A stretch of 64,000 nucleotides of DNA from contig OX597826.1 in assembly GCA_951406725.2 (NCBI GenBank), forward strand, positions 78,740,001 to 78,804,000, in the 5' to 3' direction. The notes beneath the pieces were generated by a model. It did not search any database and was not told the origin of the DNA. It saw only the letters and a list, made by a program, of their open reading frames with translations. Shown piece by piece: positions 39,057-55,636 of the stretch. The DNA is from Octopus vulgaris. Taxonomy: Eukaryota. Every line of letters begins with the position of its first letter. Position 1 is the stretch's first letter. The position numbers were made by a program, and so were the translations under genes.

Positions 39057-40729
39057 GTGAAAATATACATATCTTTTTATATTCCTATTCTTTTCTCTTT
39101 CCCCTACTAGTTTCTCTCTCTCTCTCTCTCTTTCCCCTACTAGTTTCTCTCTCTCTCTTCCCCCTCTCTCTCTCCCCCCCCCTCTCTCTCTAGCCACTTC
39201 TTCATCGTTCCAACATCTTCCCCCAATCTTTTATCTCTCACACGCATCTTCCGCTCGATTAATTTATTTCTACCTCTTGCCTTACCAAATTCCTCGGGTC
39301 CTTCTTCGCATTAGAAGACTTTCGCTAAAAAAAAACAAAAAAAAGGACAGAAAGAAAAAACCAAATTTGAGCAAAGCAAAAATTATTAACAACAATAACA
39401 ACAACAACAACAACAACAACAACGAAAAAATTGTAACACAATCTCTAAAGCCTACAAATTTAATGAACCAACCAACCGACCAAGAAAACAACCAAATAAG
39501 CAACAATCATATATACACATAAATAAATACGTAAATAAACAAACACGTGATCACATGATCTTGTACATTTTCTTGCTTCCTTATTGCCAGGACAATATTA
39601 TACCCATAATGCTTTGCGCGGTGTTGTTTATTTTTTATTATTATTTTTTTTTTTTTTTTGTATTATTTACTTCCAGTCGGTCTAGTACGAATATTCCTGT
39701 ACTGGTTTCACCTTTCTCGTTTTTAATTCCACTTAATAAACTTTGTCTTTTAGAACACATTGACTATTCTGTAAGGGGTTTTGCAGAACAACTAGGCCTT
39801 TTCTTTTTTTCTTGTATATCCTCGTATTTTTTTTGTTATTTTTACTTGGTTTTTTTTTTTTTGTTTTGTTGTTGTTGCTTTTTGGTTTGGTGTTTTTCAA
39901 AGAAGTTTTCATTTTCTCGCATAATTTCTCATCCAACTCACTTTCCCGCTCGTTTGCCCTTCTTTGGTTGCTGTCGTAAAATATTGGATAACATTACGTT
40001 GTCTGATGGCGGCGGCGACGGTGGTGGTGGTGGTCGTCGTCGTCGTCGTTGTCGTCGTGGTGGTGGTGGTGGTGGTGGTGGTGACGGCGGTAGTGGTGTT
40101 GGTGGTGGTAGTGGTGGTGATGGTGGTGGTGGTGACAGCGGTAGTGGTGTTGGCAGCGGCGCGGGGAGATGGTGCTGGTGGCGGCGGCGACGGCGGTGGT
40201 GGTGTTGGCGGCGGCGGAGAGAAGTGGTGGTGGTCAAACAATTTACAATACCATATTCAGTTATGGTTGTTATTGCTGCTGCTGCTCTTACTGTTTAACT
40301 GCTACTCATCTCTGAGTAGACACATGACCAAAAGCGCTCAAACCACGACCATCCAGTCTTTCTCTATGTATGTGGGATATAAATTCTGCAATATATCTTT
40401 TCAGTTTCCTAAGGCGATACGATTCGTTTTGAGGAGGATTTACCCACTCTTTCTAACAAGTTGAGCCACCACTGCTGTCTTCCTTTAGCCCCAGTTTAAC
40501 CCTGATCCAGCTGACCTTTGAATCGAAGGGTTTACAACCGAATCCATCCCATCTTCTTCCCGATTATAGAGTAGCGTTTATGCCTCCATTATCCTCGCTG
40601 TATCCTTTCCTTATTTATTATACCTGAGTAGAGACATGAAGGAGGTTTGGTTGTTATTTACAGCTCGTCAACTGACCACGTAGAATTGGCCTTCTTGACC
40701 TGTATATTTGGAGGATCTTATTTTTAATA

Positions 40730-41132
40730 CTGGTTTCAAATTTTGACACAAGGCCAGCAATTTCGAAGGAGAGGGCATTTTGATTATATCCTAAAAAAGG
40801 ATAAAAGTCTAAATCGACCTCATCAGAATTTGAACTCAGAACATACAGACGGACGAACTGCTGCTATGCATTTTGTCCGGCGTGCTAATGATTCTGCCAG
40901 ACCGCTGCCTTTAAAGGTATTATAATATTGGTTTCAAATTTTGGCCCAAGAGCAGCAAGTTTGGGGGCGAGGAAGTCGATTACATCGACCCCAGTGCTTA
41001 ACTGGTACTTATTTTATCGACCCCGAAAGGGATGAAAGGCAAAACCTACTTCAGTGTAATTTGAACGCAGGACGTAAAGACGGATGAGATGCCGCTAAGC
41101 ATTTTTTCGGGCATGCTAACGATTCTGCCAGC
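40730..41132 (-). mobile_element. Two tandem SINE family C copies
   Basis: tggtttcaaattttg..ccagca.. begins at about 40731 and again at about 40929; each unit ends gattctgccag. Confidence 0.8.
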
Positions 41133-41822
41133 AATGATGACTATGGCGAGATTTGAACTCAGTGTTCGGCTGCTTGTAATGGAAGTATAAAAACCTTATT
41201 CCAGCCGGACACCTAATCAGCCATTCACATTTGCAGCAGTCTGTGCACACCACCATCGGTCCGAGACTGTGATTGTCATTGTTTTCTTTATTTTCACGGT
41301 TTCTGTAGCAAGTTAGCTTTTATGAGAATAGATGGCTAGCCTCTAACTGAAATTTCTTCCTTTACACGGTGTTGAGACCAGCTGGCATCATTATTTCAAT
41401 GACAATAATAATGTGATATCGAAGCAGTGTATCAAGTAGACCCCAAAAATCGATTTGCTGCTTTAAATGGAGAAAGAGGTGTGAATCAGTAAAGAAATAA
41501 ATTCAAATATATTACAATTTGGAGTAAAGATTATTTGCCAACATAACATGGCAGTCCTGGTTTAGGACGAATGTTGCTGTAATTTAGCCCCAGAAGACAC
41601 CGTCTCCAGCTGGCTATACAATGACCCGATCTGTGTCCTTATAGTTTCGAACAATATATTTCGTGGGGCTAAATTACAAAAGAGGACAGGAAAAAACAAG
41701 AATGAGACATTCGGAGCTTTCAATCATCAGTCGAAAAGCAGATCGTCTTTGCAGTTTCGGTCGGTTTATCTCGAGACGGCTCTAATCTGGCCGGCCCCTA
41801 TATATATATATATGTATATATA

Positions 41823-41864
<42 letters not shown>

Positions 41865-41867
41865 CAT

Positions 41868-41931
<64 letters not shown>

Positions 41932-41932
<1 letters not shown>

Positions 41933-42122
41933 AGGCAGCGAGCTGGCAGAATCATTAGCACGCTGGACGAGATGTTTAGTGACATTTCGTCCGTCTTTAC
42001 GTTCTGAAGTTCAAATTCCGCGGGGGGCTCAATGAAACAAGTAACAGTTAACTATTTTGGGTCGATGTAACCGTCTTATCACCTATCCCAAAATTGCTGG
42101 CCTTGTGCCATAATTTGAAACC
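41932..42122 (+). mobile_element. SINE family C
   Basis: AAGGCAGCGAGCTGGCAGAA head, GTTCAAATTCC B box. Confidence 0.8.
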
Positions 42123-42504
42123 ATTACTATTATTATTTAGTTAGTTATTTATTTATACTAGTATAGAATAAAAATATTGTTTTTAACTGTAGCAACATTG
42201 AATGTCGGAGAAGAATTAACAGATATTATTGCGAAGAACGCAGTTAGGAAACATTAAAATGGCCAGTCTTTGATGCAAGCCACAGAGTTTATATTCATGA
42301 AGACGGCACCGGGTTTGATGAAAGACATCGTCTGTACACTGTAATGCATGTGGAAATAGATGCACTTTGATTTTTGTTTAGAGGGGAAAGTGGTTTATGC
42401 GGAACCAATTTTAATCTGTTCTTCAGATCATCTTTCCTGGACTGCTTCAATAATATCTCACAAATATAACATTCACTAAAGATATATTGATATTCTTATT
42501 ACTC

Positions 42505-42551
<47 letters not shown>

Positions 42552-43243
42552 GCTTAAACCCATGTTAATCATCTCCAAGCAGACCTATGATCAAAGTCAT
42601 TGCAGCGGTAATAATCCATCTTTTATTCAGATATATATATATACGTCTTGAACTAGCCACTTGTCTTTCTCTTTAAGACTGTAAGGCGATTTTGAGGGAT
42701 ATTTGGTTGCGATTTCTAACAAATCTAGCGACCATATACAGGGGGTGGGATGGGGGAGGTCCTGTGACCTGGGTGAAGATCAGTGCTTTTAGAGTGGAAT
42801 CACTTTCTCCCATTTTCTTGCCAACCAAGGTAAGCCACGTGACAAAGCTATCTATATTTAGGAGAGATTAATCTCAAATATAAATTGCATAAATTGAGAT
42901 CAATAATCATATATAAATGTTGTTGTTGTTGTTGTTGTTGTTGCTGCTGCTGCTGGGGACGTTTGTGGTGGGGGTGTTGGTTTTAGTGCTGAACGTGGTA
43001 GCAGTGTTGCTGCTGTTATTGTTGTTGTTAAGCAATAAGACGGGTAACGGTGATTAGGTGATGGTCTAGGGCTTAGGGGCGGGAGACCTCAGACCTTGGA
43101 AAAAAAATTTTGTTCGTCTTGTTGTAGTCGAGGGCTCTTCGTCGACGCCCGACACCACTGAGAGGTGGCCCTCGAGGTCGCTGGAAATGGAGATCTCCAG
43201 GTCCAAATTCTTGAACGGCTGCTGTTGCAGTTGATATCGTTTG

Positions 43244-43283
<40 letters not shown>

Positions 43284-43849
43284 GCTGTTGTTGTTGCTGC
43301 TGCTGCTGTTGCTGCTGCTGCTGTTGCTGCTGCTGCTTAACCTGTGATACTAGTCATAAACATCGTACTTTTATTTAATTATTTTCAATACCTGACTCCT
43401 CACTTAATCTGCCCTTTCAATCTACCTTAATTAGCATCTGAGCGCCTATACATATACACTCAGTTTGCTCGTTGATTCACAATTATTTCCTCTAAACACA
43501 CACACACACACACACACACACACTCATAAGTAAATCTTCGTAGCACACGGACACACACATACATACAAATATGCGCACCATTCTTTACACACAGTTGCCT
43601 TCTTTGTTACTCTTGCACGTAAGAAACCTTCTACTTCTGTATCACTTCCAGTATTTCGATCTCCACCATTTTCAACATAACCTGGCACAGAACAATACAT
43701 ATTTCTGCGTTATTCCCATTGTTTTTCTTTCTTTCCTCCGCAATTTTCCTTCTCTCAGACTTCTTCGTTTTTCAAGAAAGGCTTAAACTCGAAACGTCGA
43801 AGAAACTTCTAATTTCTTACTTGTCATCGAAGTCAAACTAATAACATCC

Positions 43850-44152
43850 TTATTTCTTTATTGCCCACAAGGGGCTAAACATAGAGGACAGACAAGGACA
43901 GACAAGCGGATTAAGTCGATTATATCGACCCCAGTGCGTAACTGGTACTTATTTACTCGACCCCGAAAGAATGAAAGACAAAGTTGACCTCGGCGGAATC
44001 TGAACTCAGAAATACCTATTTCTTTACTACCCACAAGGGGTTAAACACAGAGAGGACAAACAAGGACAGACAAACGGATTAAGTCGATTATATCGACCCC
44101 AGTGCATAACTGGTACTTAATATATCGACCTCGAAAGGATGAAAGGCAAAGA
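43850..44152 (-). mobile_element. SINE family C dimer (5'-truncated)
   Basis: tatttcttta..cccacaagggg repeated at about 43851 and 44017; same junction type as 58877-59288. Confidence 0.85.
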
Positions 44153-45132
44153 TTTTTGGGTTATTTCCTTTCATCAGCACAGAATAATTGTTCGGTTAGA
44201 GGTGGCGCTGCCAAATTCCCGTTCGAAATATATAGTTTTCAAAGTGACAACTAGTCACTGATCCATGAATTAGAAAATTACTATTTTTAAATCTTACAAC
44301 GAGACATATTCAGCAACAGCAACATTCGTCCTAAACCAGGACTGCCATGTTATGCTGGCAAACAATCTTTACTCCAAAGCACTGTTGCTGAATATCTTTC
44401 GTTCTGAGATTTTAAAATAGTAATTTTCTAACTCTTAAGTTTTATCGCATATTTTCAATTACTTGGTAAATATTGGCGATTATTTTGAAATAAATTCCGA
44501 AAACTCCTTTCTAACAGCTTCTTCCGATTTTCTAACAGCTTTCCCGACAAATGGTAATGTCTGAAGGTAAATTGCACCGTAATTTATTTGGTCCGATATT
44601 CTCATTTGCGTGTACATCACCACAGACCAAACATTGTCACCTGTATCTGATTTAAGGTGATATACTTGCAGAAAAACAAACCCCGTCTGATATAATATTT
44701 ATTGTATGAACGAGATTTAGGTTTCATGAAGAATTCTTTCCCACCATTAACAGAGAACCTTCAAAGCAGGATTCTTTACTAATTTTATTTGTTCACACAA
44801 CATTCTGTTGATTTTCACAGTTATTTTTAATAGCTTTGTCTTTCGATAATTGGATACTTACTCATTTTACCAAACACGAAATTAACGAAACTAATAAGCA
44901 ATTAAACATCATGTCACCTGTCAGTAGTCACGTGTCTAATTGCACAGGGTCAGATGTCAAATATACTTCACAGACAAATAGTCATAAATTTTTATTAGGT
45001 TTCGACTCAACTTCGCGAAACACCTCGAGATTATCGGTGACACACTTAAGGGTCTCGAAAAAGTTTGGAAAGCTCTGATGTGTATTTAAGCATCTCACCT
45101 TACAATTCCTTCAGTAGAATGTTCTGAGTTGA

Positions 45133-45445
45133 AGGCGCGTGGCTTGGTGGTTACGGTATTCGACTCACAATCTTACGATTGTGAGTTCGATTCCCGGCGA
45201 CGCGTTGTGTCCTTGAGCAAAACACTTTATTTCATGTCGCTCCAGTCCACTCAGCTGGCAAAAATGAGGAGTACCTGTATTTCAAAGGGCCAGCCTTATC
45301 ACATTCTGTATCAGGCTGAATCTCTTTGAGGATTACGTCAAGGTTACGCATGTCTGTGCAGCGCTCAGCCACTTTCACGTTAATTTCATGAGGAAGCTGT
45401 TCCGTTGATCGGAACAACTGGAACCCTTGTCGTTGTAACTGACGG
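45133..45445 (+). mobile_element. tRNA-derived SINE, family A-related
   Basis: Homologous to 10805-11104; A and B boxes present. Confidence 0.85.
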
Positions 45446-45558
45446 AGAACCAATGCACTCTGACGGTATTTTTTCACAATGTGTCTAAGACTGATTCGGT
45501 GATGCATAAAGTAACTGCTTCATTCTTACCTCTGTTTCGGATGTTGACAACAGATATA

Positions 45559-45783
45559 CAGGGCTGGTCAAAAGTCACCCGACAGTAAATCAAAACCATT
45601 TAATTCCAGGATTTATTTAAACAACTGAACGAATTTAATAAACGTATCTAAATATGAAACCTCATGAAAATTGTTCAAACTGAAGTCCTTCTTGCAAACC
45701 TTCATAATTGGAATGAATAAGTAAAATTGAATATTAAGTATTTATAGAATTTTGATTTACTGTCGGGTGACTTTTGCCCAACC

Positions 45784-45786
<3 letters not shown>
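45559..45786. mobile_element. Tc1/mariner-type MITE
   Basis: 37-bp TIRs CAGGGCTGGTCAAAAGTCACCCGACAGTAAATCAAAA and (reverse complement) CAGGGTTGGGCAAAAGTCACCCGACAGTAAATCAAAA; TA on both sides. Confidence 0.93.
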
Positions 45787-45822
<36 letters not shown>

Positions 45823-45874
45823 CATATGCACATACATACGCATATACATATATATATATATATATGTATGTATA

Positions 45875-45922
<48 letters not shown>

Positions 45923-46718
45923 CATATGCATATACATACGCATATACATATATATATATATATGTATGTATATGTGTGTGTGTATATATATATATATATA
46001 TAATTATGTGGCAAAACGGACGGACACATTCTTTAGTCCAACAGCGGCTGACAAAGTGAATATTTATCGATATATCTATATGTACCACGCGGTAACTTTT
46101 GATAAATATTCCCTATGTTTCTTTATGTCCATTTTTTTCCCGTTTGTAGAGTCCACATAAACTCATAGCACCGCTTACTTGTTGAATCATTATACACTCT
46201 CAGTGATTACTATCTCATTTAGATTAAATAAAACTCATCTACACAGCTTCATGTGAGTCTGTCTACTTTATAGCCGATCGGACCAATCGGAAGTTATTTT
46301 TTCAGTGATACACAAAGCGTCCGCTTCGTTCCTTTGACTGTTTCACGTCCATTATTTCTGTTTGCTCGTATAACAAATACTTAATGTCATAGCACCGATT
46401 ACCTGTTGAATGGTTGTGCATACTCAGTGATTAGATATCTCTCTTAGATGAACTGAAATTTACATTTCTATGTATACAGGTCCTTGTTTGACTATTTGTG
46501 TGTATGTGTGTGTGTGTGTTCGACAAAGAGACTTTGTGTGTGAGAGAGAGAGTTGTGTGTGCGTGTGTGTGTAGGAGAGAGACAGACAGAGATTGTGTGT
46601 GAGAGAGAGAGACACACAAAGAGACTCTGTGTGTGTGTGAGAGAGAGAGGGGGGGGGAGATTGTGTGTGTAAGAGAGAGACACACACAAAGAGACTCTGT
46701 GTGTGTGTGTGTGCGTGC

Positions 46719-46769
<51 letters not shown>

Positions 46770-46931
46770 ATTTGATAAACTGCAATTGGATATTTTTATC
46801 CGTTGCCTTAACCATTGACCAAATTCTCGTTGCTGATTCAGAAAATCAAAGAGCCTGGCAATTCAAGACACAGCACCGTTTTCTTTTCTTTGCAACACAC
46901 AGCTCGGGTTCTTTGTCTCACTCCACCTCAA

Positions 46932-47005
<74 letters not shown>

Positions 47006-47156
47006 ATTTCATCTTTATCACTAGTTTCTCTATTTCTCCTTCACCTTGTGAATATGAGCTTTATATGTGTGTATATGAATATATACATGTATATACATAT
47101 ACATATATATATATATGAACGCATACATGGATATACATATACATATATATATACAT

Positions 47157-47199
<43 letters not shown>

Positions 47200-47278
47200 G
47201 ACATATATATTAAATATATATACGTGTATATATGTATATATATATATATATGTGTGTGCATATATACATATACATTCC

Positions 47279-47387
<109 letters not shown>

Positions 47388-48658
47388 TATAGCTGTCTTT
47401 ATCAACCCATCTAACTCCCTTGAGTTTATCTATGTATCGCAACCTTCCTTTATTTATCTTCCTCGCTATCTCTTTCTCTCCCTCTCTCTTACACATTTAC
47501 TCTCTTTCTCCCCCTCTCTCTGTCTCTCTCTCTGTATCTCGCCGTCTATCGGTTCCTATCCCCTGTGATTCTCTCAACGTTTCTTTGAATGAGATGCGAC
47601 AGCTGAGGATCGTGTGGTAGGTTATGTAATAATAATTAGCAATGGGAATGGAAATGGTCCAGAAACCTTCTATTGATTCAAACAGCCGAACATACAAAGC
47701 GACAAGCAATCCTTGTATTTATAACTCAACCTCTCTCTTAACCGTGTCTCTGGCTTTGTCGAAGATTTCTATAACCACCAACGGCGACGGCGCCACCACT
47801 CGACCCCCGCCACCACCAACATCACACAACCGAGCTTTAATAATCACACCAACACCAAACACTACAACTACCACATACACTACAACAACAGCAACATTGC
47901 CACCGCCAGCACTACCACCAAAACCACACAATGGCGTTGTAGCCGCCACCAACATCTCATCAACCGTACCTTGTGGACTCCACTATCACCAACGCTGCAC
48001 ATTGCTACTACAACCTAAACAACCATTGACACAACTACCACCACAACAATCACACCAATACATACAACCCAGCACACTGTAGCTATGAGAAAAACTGAAA
48101 CTACAACACCAACACTGACCCCCTATAACCACTATTACACATCTGCCACAGCTATACTAGAATCGCCACGATGGCAGCCATTTTACTACTGCCGCCAAAA
48201 CATTACGACCGTCGTTACGCTACCACCATCGCCACATTATGCTCAGCATTACACCACAACTACAGCAACAATACTATAGCCACCACTACGTTGCAACTAC
48301 CAATACACTGTGGCCACTACAACAACCACTACCACCACCAACACCACTACCATATTACTATAACTATTAATACTACAACCACGACCAATACTACTACTAC
48401 ACAACACTACCACTACTGTTATACTACCACCACAACTACTTTTACCACCTCAAATAACATCACTATGCTTTTCACTTCGTCCTCTTTCTCTTCTCATTTT
48501 CTTTTTCTTGCTCTTCTTCTTCTTCTCTTTCGTTTCTACTCCATTATCCTTTTCTTCTTCCTCTTCTTTCTTTGCTTCTTTCTCTCCTTGTCTTCCTCTT
48601 CTTTCTCTTTTTTCTGCCTTTGTTTTTCCTCTTCTTTTCCTTCCTCCTCCACCTTCTG

Positions 48659-48724
<66 letters not shown>

Positions 48725-48733
48725 CATCATCAC

Positions 48734-48781
<48 letters not shown>

Positions 48782-48803
48782 CATCATCATCATCATCATC
48801 ATT

Positions 48804-48838
<35 letters not shown>

Positions 48839-48873
48839 TATTATCATTATTATTATTATTATTATCTTTATTA

Positions 48874-48925
<52 letters not shown>

Positions 48926-48953
48926 CATTATTATTATTATTACTACTATTATT

Positions 48954-48999
<46 letters not shown>

Positions 49000-49245
49000 G
49001 TCTCCTAATCTTGTCAGTACCAAATACGCGCGTAACAACTGGTTGTCATGTGACTGTAATTGTGCTTGTGCGTGCGCGCGCCTGTGTTTGTGTGGTGTGT
49101 GTGTGTGTGTGTGTGTGTGCGAAGAGCTGTTTCTGTATATGTATATATGCATGCATGTATGCATGTATGCATATATGTATGGATAATATGTATGCATGTA
49201 TGTATGTTTATATGTATGAATGTATGTATGCGTTGGTATATATAC

Positions 49246-49296
<51 letters not shown>

Positions 49297-49895
49297 CATA
49301 TGTGTATATATATACACATATATGAGTTGCTGTACATGTAAAGTGTATATGCGGATGTGTGTGCATGCATTATATAAGGTATAAGATGATGCGTGTGTGT
49401 ATGTCTGTTTGTGAGAGAGAGAGTGTGTGTGTGTGTGTTGGTGGTTGAGTGTATATGCATCTATATGTCCGCTTGTATACTTGAGAACGTAGTGGCGCTG
49501 TCAGAGAGAAAGATCGAGCGAGATAGAGAAGGAAAGAGAGAGAGAGGAAGAGAGGAAGAGAGAGGGAGGAAAAGGGTGAGGAGTAGAATTATGGAGTACG
49601 GCATAGAAGCCCCTTGTTGGTTGGGGGTCGCTTTAAGGAAAGCCGGAGCGTCAAATGGTTCGTAAATATCTTAATTTTAATAAGCTTTGCCTCCATTCAG
49701 CCTCGTGGAACATTTATGGTTTACTCTTTGTTGTGCTTCAGTTGGTCTTGTTTATGTGTGGTTGTGTGTGTGTGTGTGTGTGTGTGGTTGTGTGTGTGTG
49801 TGTGTGGTTGTGTGTGTGTGTGTGCGTGTGTGAGCGCCTGTGTATGCGGTTGACCACCTTTGTAGGGGTATATATGTATATGTCTGCATGAATAC

Positions 49896-49946
<51 letters not shown>

Positions 49947-50910
49947 TATATACATGTAGGTATATGTATTCATATATATATATATATAAATATATATATA
50001 TGTATATACAAATACATATATATATGTATATATATACAAATATTTATATACATTTATATATATAAATACATACACACATACATACACACATACATACACA
50101 CATACATACATACATACATACATAATGCATAAATACCGAATGACAAATATAGGGTGGGAAGAAGAAGCACATGGTGAGGGTGTAAGAAAGAGAGAAAAAA
50201 AGAAAGAGAAAGAGAGAGAAAGCGCATTGACCAGCATTCTCGTGTAGAGATTGTAGATCATAACATTCTTTATAACAACATTTCAGGTTAAAGCCGCCAT
50301 CTTAGCTTCTCTCAACTGACCAGTGACCAGTGAGGCGGGTGGCATTAGTGCTTCAAGACCACCGAAACTATTAGATAGAGCTTTGTGTAAGCATGGATTA
50401 TACTCTCTCTCTCTCTCTCTCTCTCTTTCTTTTCTCTCATCCACCACTACCATCGACACCACCGCTGCTACGTTATTGTTTTTGTGTAGTGTAGCAACAG
50501 GTCGGCCCTTGCCGTGATCAAAAGACTACTGAAACCGCGATCACCTCCACCTTTCTTTCGAGTATAATACATCTGCTGAGACATTATTGTCCTTTCGGCT
50601 TCTCTATGCTGGAAGATTGTGATTTGCGAAAGCAGGTTCCACTGCTTTTTCTAATCGACCGAGTGACTACATAGAGACTTTTGGGGTCGTAGTTGTTTCT
50701 ACCGTAGCTGCCGCCGCCGCCGCCGCTGCCGTTCTTATTGTTGTTTACCCCTCCCCCCTTTTCTATTGGTCCTGAAGGGAACACACACCAACTGTAGCTT
50801 CTGTCAACTAATTGCTCGGATAACCTCAGTTGATCACCATTTGTCAACTCATTATGTTGCTTGTGCTTCGGATGCACAATCTTGCTTTGAAGCCTTTTAA
50901 GTCGCCCATA

Positions 50911-51311
50911 TCTTTATATATAAAAGCGAAGTTGTGTGTCTGTCTGTCTCCTACTATTTAGATTCCTAACTACTCCCACATTTTGCGGTGCAGTTTAACC
51001 AAAACCGGGTATCTTATAGTCGACATTCATATCGAGCCCTTCTGGGTATTAGCGCGCGTCTACGATGAGTCTACGATTTAAAAAAAAATTTACCATCATT
51101 TTTTTCCATTTTAATGCATTTTTTCGATATTATATAAGGGAAGTAACTCTCTAAAAACGTCTACGATGAGTCAACGATTTAAAAAAAAATTTACCATCAT
51201 TTTTTTCCATTTTTAATGCATTTTTTTGCTATTTTTTGGCTATAACTCTCTAAAAATGCTTATATAGTTATTTCCCTTACAAACCCGAGCAACGCCGGGC
51301 GATACTGCTAG
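50911..51311 (+). mobile_element. Non-autonomous Helitron
   Basis: Starts TC after a host A, ends CTAG before a host T, with subterminal hairpin CCCGAGCAACGCCGGG about 12 nt from the end; internal 100-bp-period duplication. Confidence 0.88.
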
Positions 51312-52290
51312 TTGTTAATAAAACCAAAGATATTCAAGCGCTCACTATCCTACTTTTTTTTTCTTTTCCACACATAGTATACCAAAGACGACATTGTCTA
51401 GTGATTCCTATCATGACAGCTGAGCTGGGGCTCCAAATCTAGGGTCCAGAAACCCCTGTGGACCCACAAATGTAGCACCGAGAGCCTATAAGCTGTATTC
51501 CAAATCTTAAGCGTTTGCCAAGAAAACTCCTTAACTAAACGGCAACGTCTACATATTTAATAATCTGCTTGTTAACTGGAAAATTGAACATAGTGAACAA
51601 GTGTTTTCATTGTTCTGCTGGATGGGCACGGGAACGAAGAACGCAGTACACCTTGATGAACACTTCATCGAAAAGTTTTCAATCGCACGATGTATTTTAA
51701 TGGTTTCAGAAGCTAGAACAATAAATAGTCTAAGAACTTTGTAAATGTCTGCGCCATCAACTTCCTGTTACTCTCGGCAAAATGGCGGATAAATTATAGT
51801 AAAAAGTTGCTTCAGTAGAAACTTCTTCCGTCGCTCAAAATATTTTGTGAAAACGTCTTCCCTTACCAATCACGTATTAATTTAAAGCCCTTGTCTGTTC
51901 GAATCCCTAAATACTGCTATATCATCTTCCTCTCATGAATGTATGATAAAGTTCTCCATATAAATCGTATAAATTGGGAAATCCACGTCCCCGAGACGGT
52001 GTTGTGGAGCCAAGGAGGACAACTCGTGTCAAACTTTAGAAATTAGTTTCATTACAGAAATACGTCAAACTAATTATAGCGATTCGAGTTGTAACCAGGC
52101 TGACTAACCTGGGGACGTCAACATTATGAATTTTTGCTGCCACAATAATGAGAATGAGTGAGTCGCAGAAAGCCTTAATTCCAAATGCTGCAGTTCTTCA
52201 TTACGACCGTTACCATTAATACAGAGGCAAAATATGTATGTATGCATGAATGACCTACAGTCTATGTCTACATATGAGAGGAAAATAAAT

Positions 52291-53756
<1,466 letters not shown>

Positions 53757-54250
53757 CAAAAAAAGTTGGCCAATTCCACACAAGTATTCTTCAATGAACA
53801 CAAAAGATCGAGTCCTGGAAATGCAATTATAATTTTTACTGAAGAAAGCCAAACACATCATTTGATTTTTCAATTAAAACCTTGACCAATTTAAATACAA
53901 AAATTATTTTGCCTTTCTATTCATTTTCCTCCCCCACCTTAAAAAGTCACCAGATACTAAACAAGCAAGTCTGACCATACAAAAGCCACGCCTTTTTACC
54001 TCCGCCTCCTTCTCAATTTTTTTTTCTTCTTTCTTCTTCCTTACTTGGCAAATCCCAGAAAATTCTTTATAAAAAGACCAAGAAATCTAAATTTGAACCA
54101 TTTTTTGATAAATCCGATAACGGAAGAAAGCGCTTAAAATGTAAATAAGATGCAAATAAATAAAAATATATATATAATCATCTAACATTCTGACTACCTT
54201 ATTATTCTAAATATACAACTTCTGTACATCGCTTCAAAAAAACTATATAT

Positions 54251-54404
54251 AGGCCAAGGATATCTTGATTAAATGAAAGTTTACATAGTCGCAAGGAAGT
54301 AGATGGTAACGCATGGGGAAAATCAATCAATTTGATTGATTCTTCCATGCATGTACTTCCTTGCAACAGTGTAAACTTTCATTTAAACAAGATGTCCTTG
54401 GCCT
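54251..54404. mobile_element. Short palindromic (hairpin) MITE-like element
   Basis: aggccaaggatatcttgattaaatgaaagtttaca... mirrors ...tgtaaactttcatttaaacaagatgtccttggcct around the centre aatcaatcaa-t-ttgattgatt. Confidence 0.8.
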
Positions 54405-54717
54405 GAAGAGTAGCCTGCATTATATACACCTTGCTTGGATATTTACCACTTCTGAGGTTCTCCTCACTATGAAGCATATGTAGCCCAGATTTTATCTACT
54501 CCATTCTTTAACTCTTGTATTCTTATTTGCACACCCGGCAACCCTGGTCGCCTACCGTGAAATATAAAAAGAACTTTTTTCAGTTTATCGTACTTCGATA
54601 CAAAAAAATCCACAAACATTCCATCTCAATAAAATACTATTGTCCCTGAAAGTTGATTTTGATCTTTACTACGGATTGCTTGAAGCTAACTTTCTTCCTA
54701 CACCTCGATCCCTGAAT

Positions 54718-54782
<65 letters not shown>

Positions 54783-55304
54783 GTTGTTACTCTCAAACAT
54801 GAACAAAGAGAAAACACAACGCGAAGACGTGGAACAAGTATAGTGTCATTGGACGCTCAGGAAAGGAATCCATATGTACATATATTTATGTATATGTATA
54901 TGTGTGGATATAAATGTGTATCCCCACACATTTACATACATACACACACATACATACATACATACATACATACATACATACATACATACATACATACAAA
55001 TATACATATACGCACACACAAGGGATATTAATAGTAATATCGATATTGATATTAATATTAATTTCAATTTAACGTAGACACGGCATTATTATTCGATTGT
55101 GAACACAATCTCGTCGTTGGAGTGAAGAGTTATATTGATGCAGCGCTCTTATGAATTCAGCTTCGGGCTATTTCGTATTACTTGTGAACTGGCGAGTCTA
55201 TTATTATACCGACTACTGTTGCTGCTCGGTTACATTGTATTCTTACGGGCAACGTGCATGGAATCTGATATCCGCATATAGCTTAGATGTTCTATGTAAT
55301 AAGG

Positions 55305-55337
<33 letters not shown>

Positions 55338-55419
55338 TGAATGCGGTGTGTGTGCGTATGCGCGTGCGTGTGTGTGTGGACATATATATATATATATATA
55401 TCTGAAACAGCTGTAAGTC

Positions 55420-55482
<63 letters not shown>

Positions 55483-55572
55483 TTATATATAATGATATAT
55501 ATGTATAATGATATGTATATTATATATATTAATATATATATATATATAATATAATACATATATATATATTGT

Positions 55573-55635
<63 letters not shown>

Positions 55636-55636
55636 G

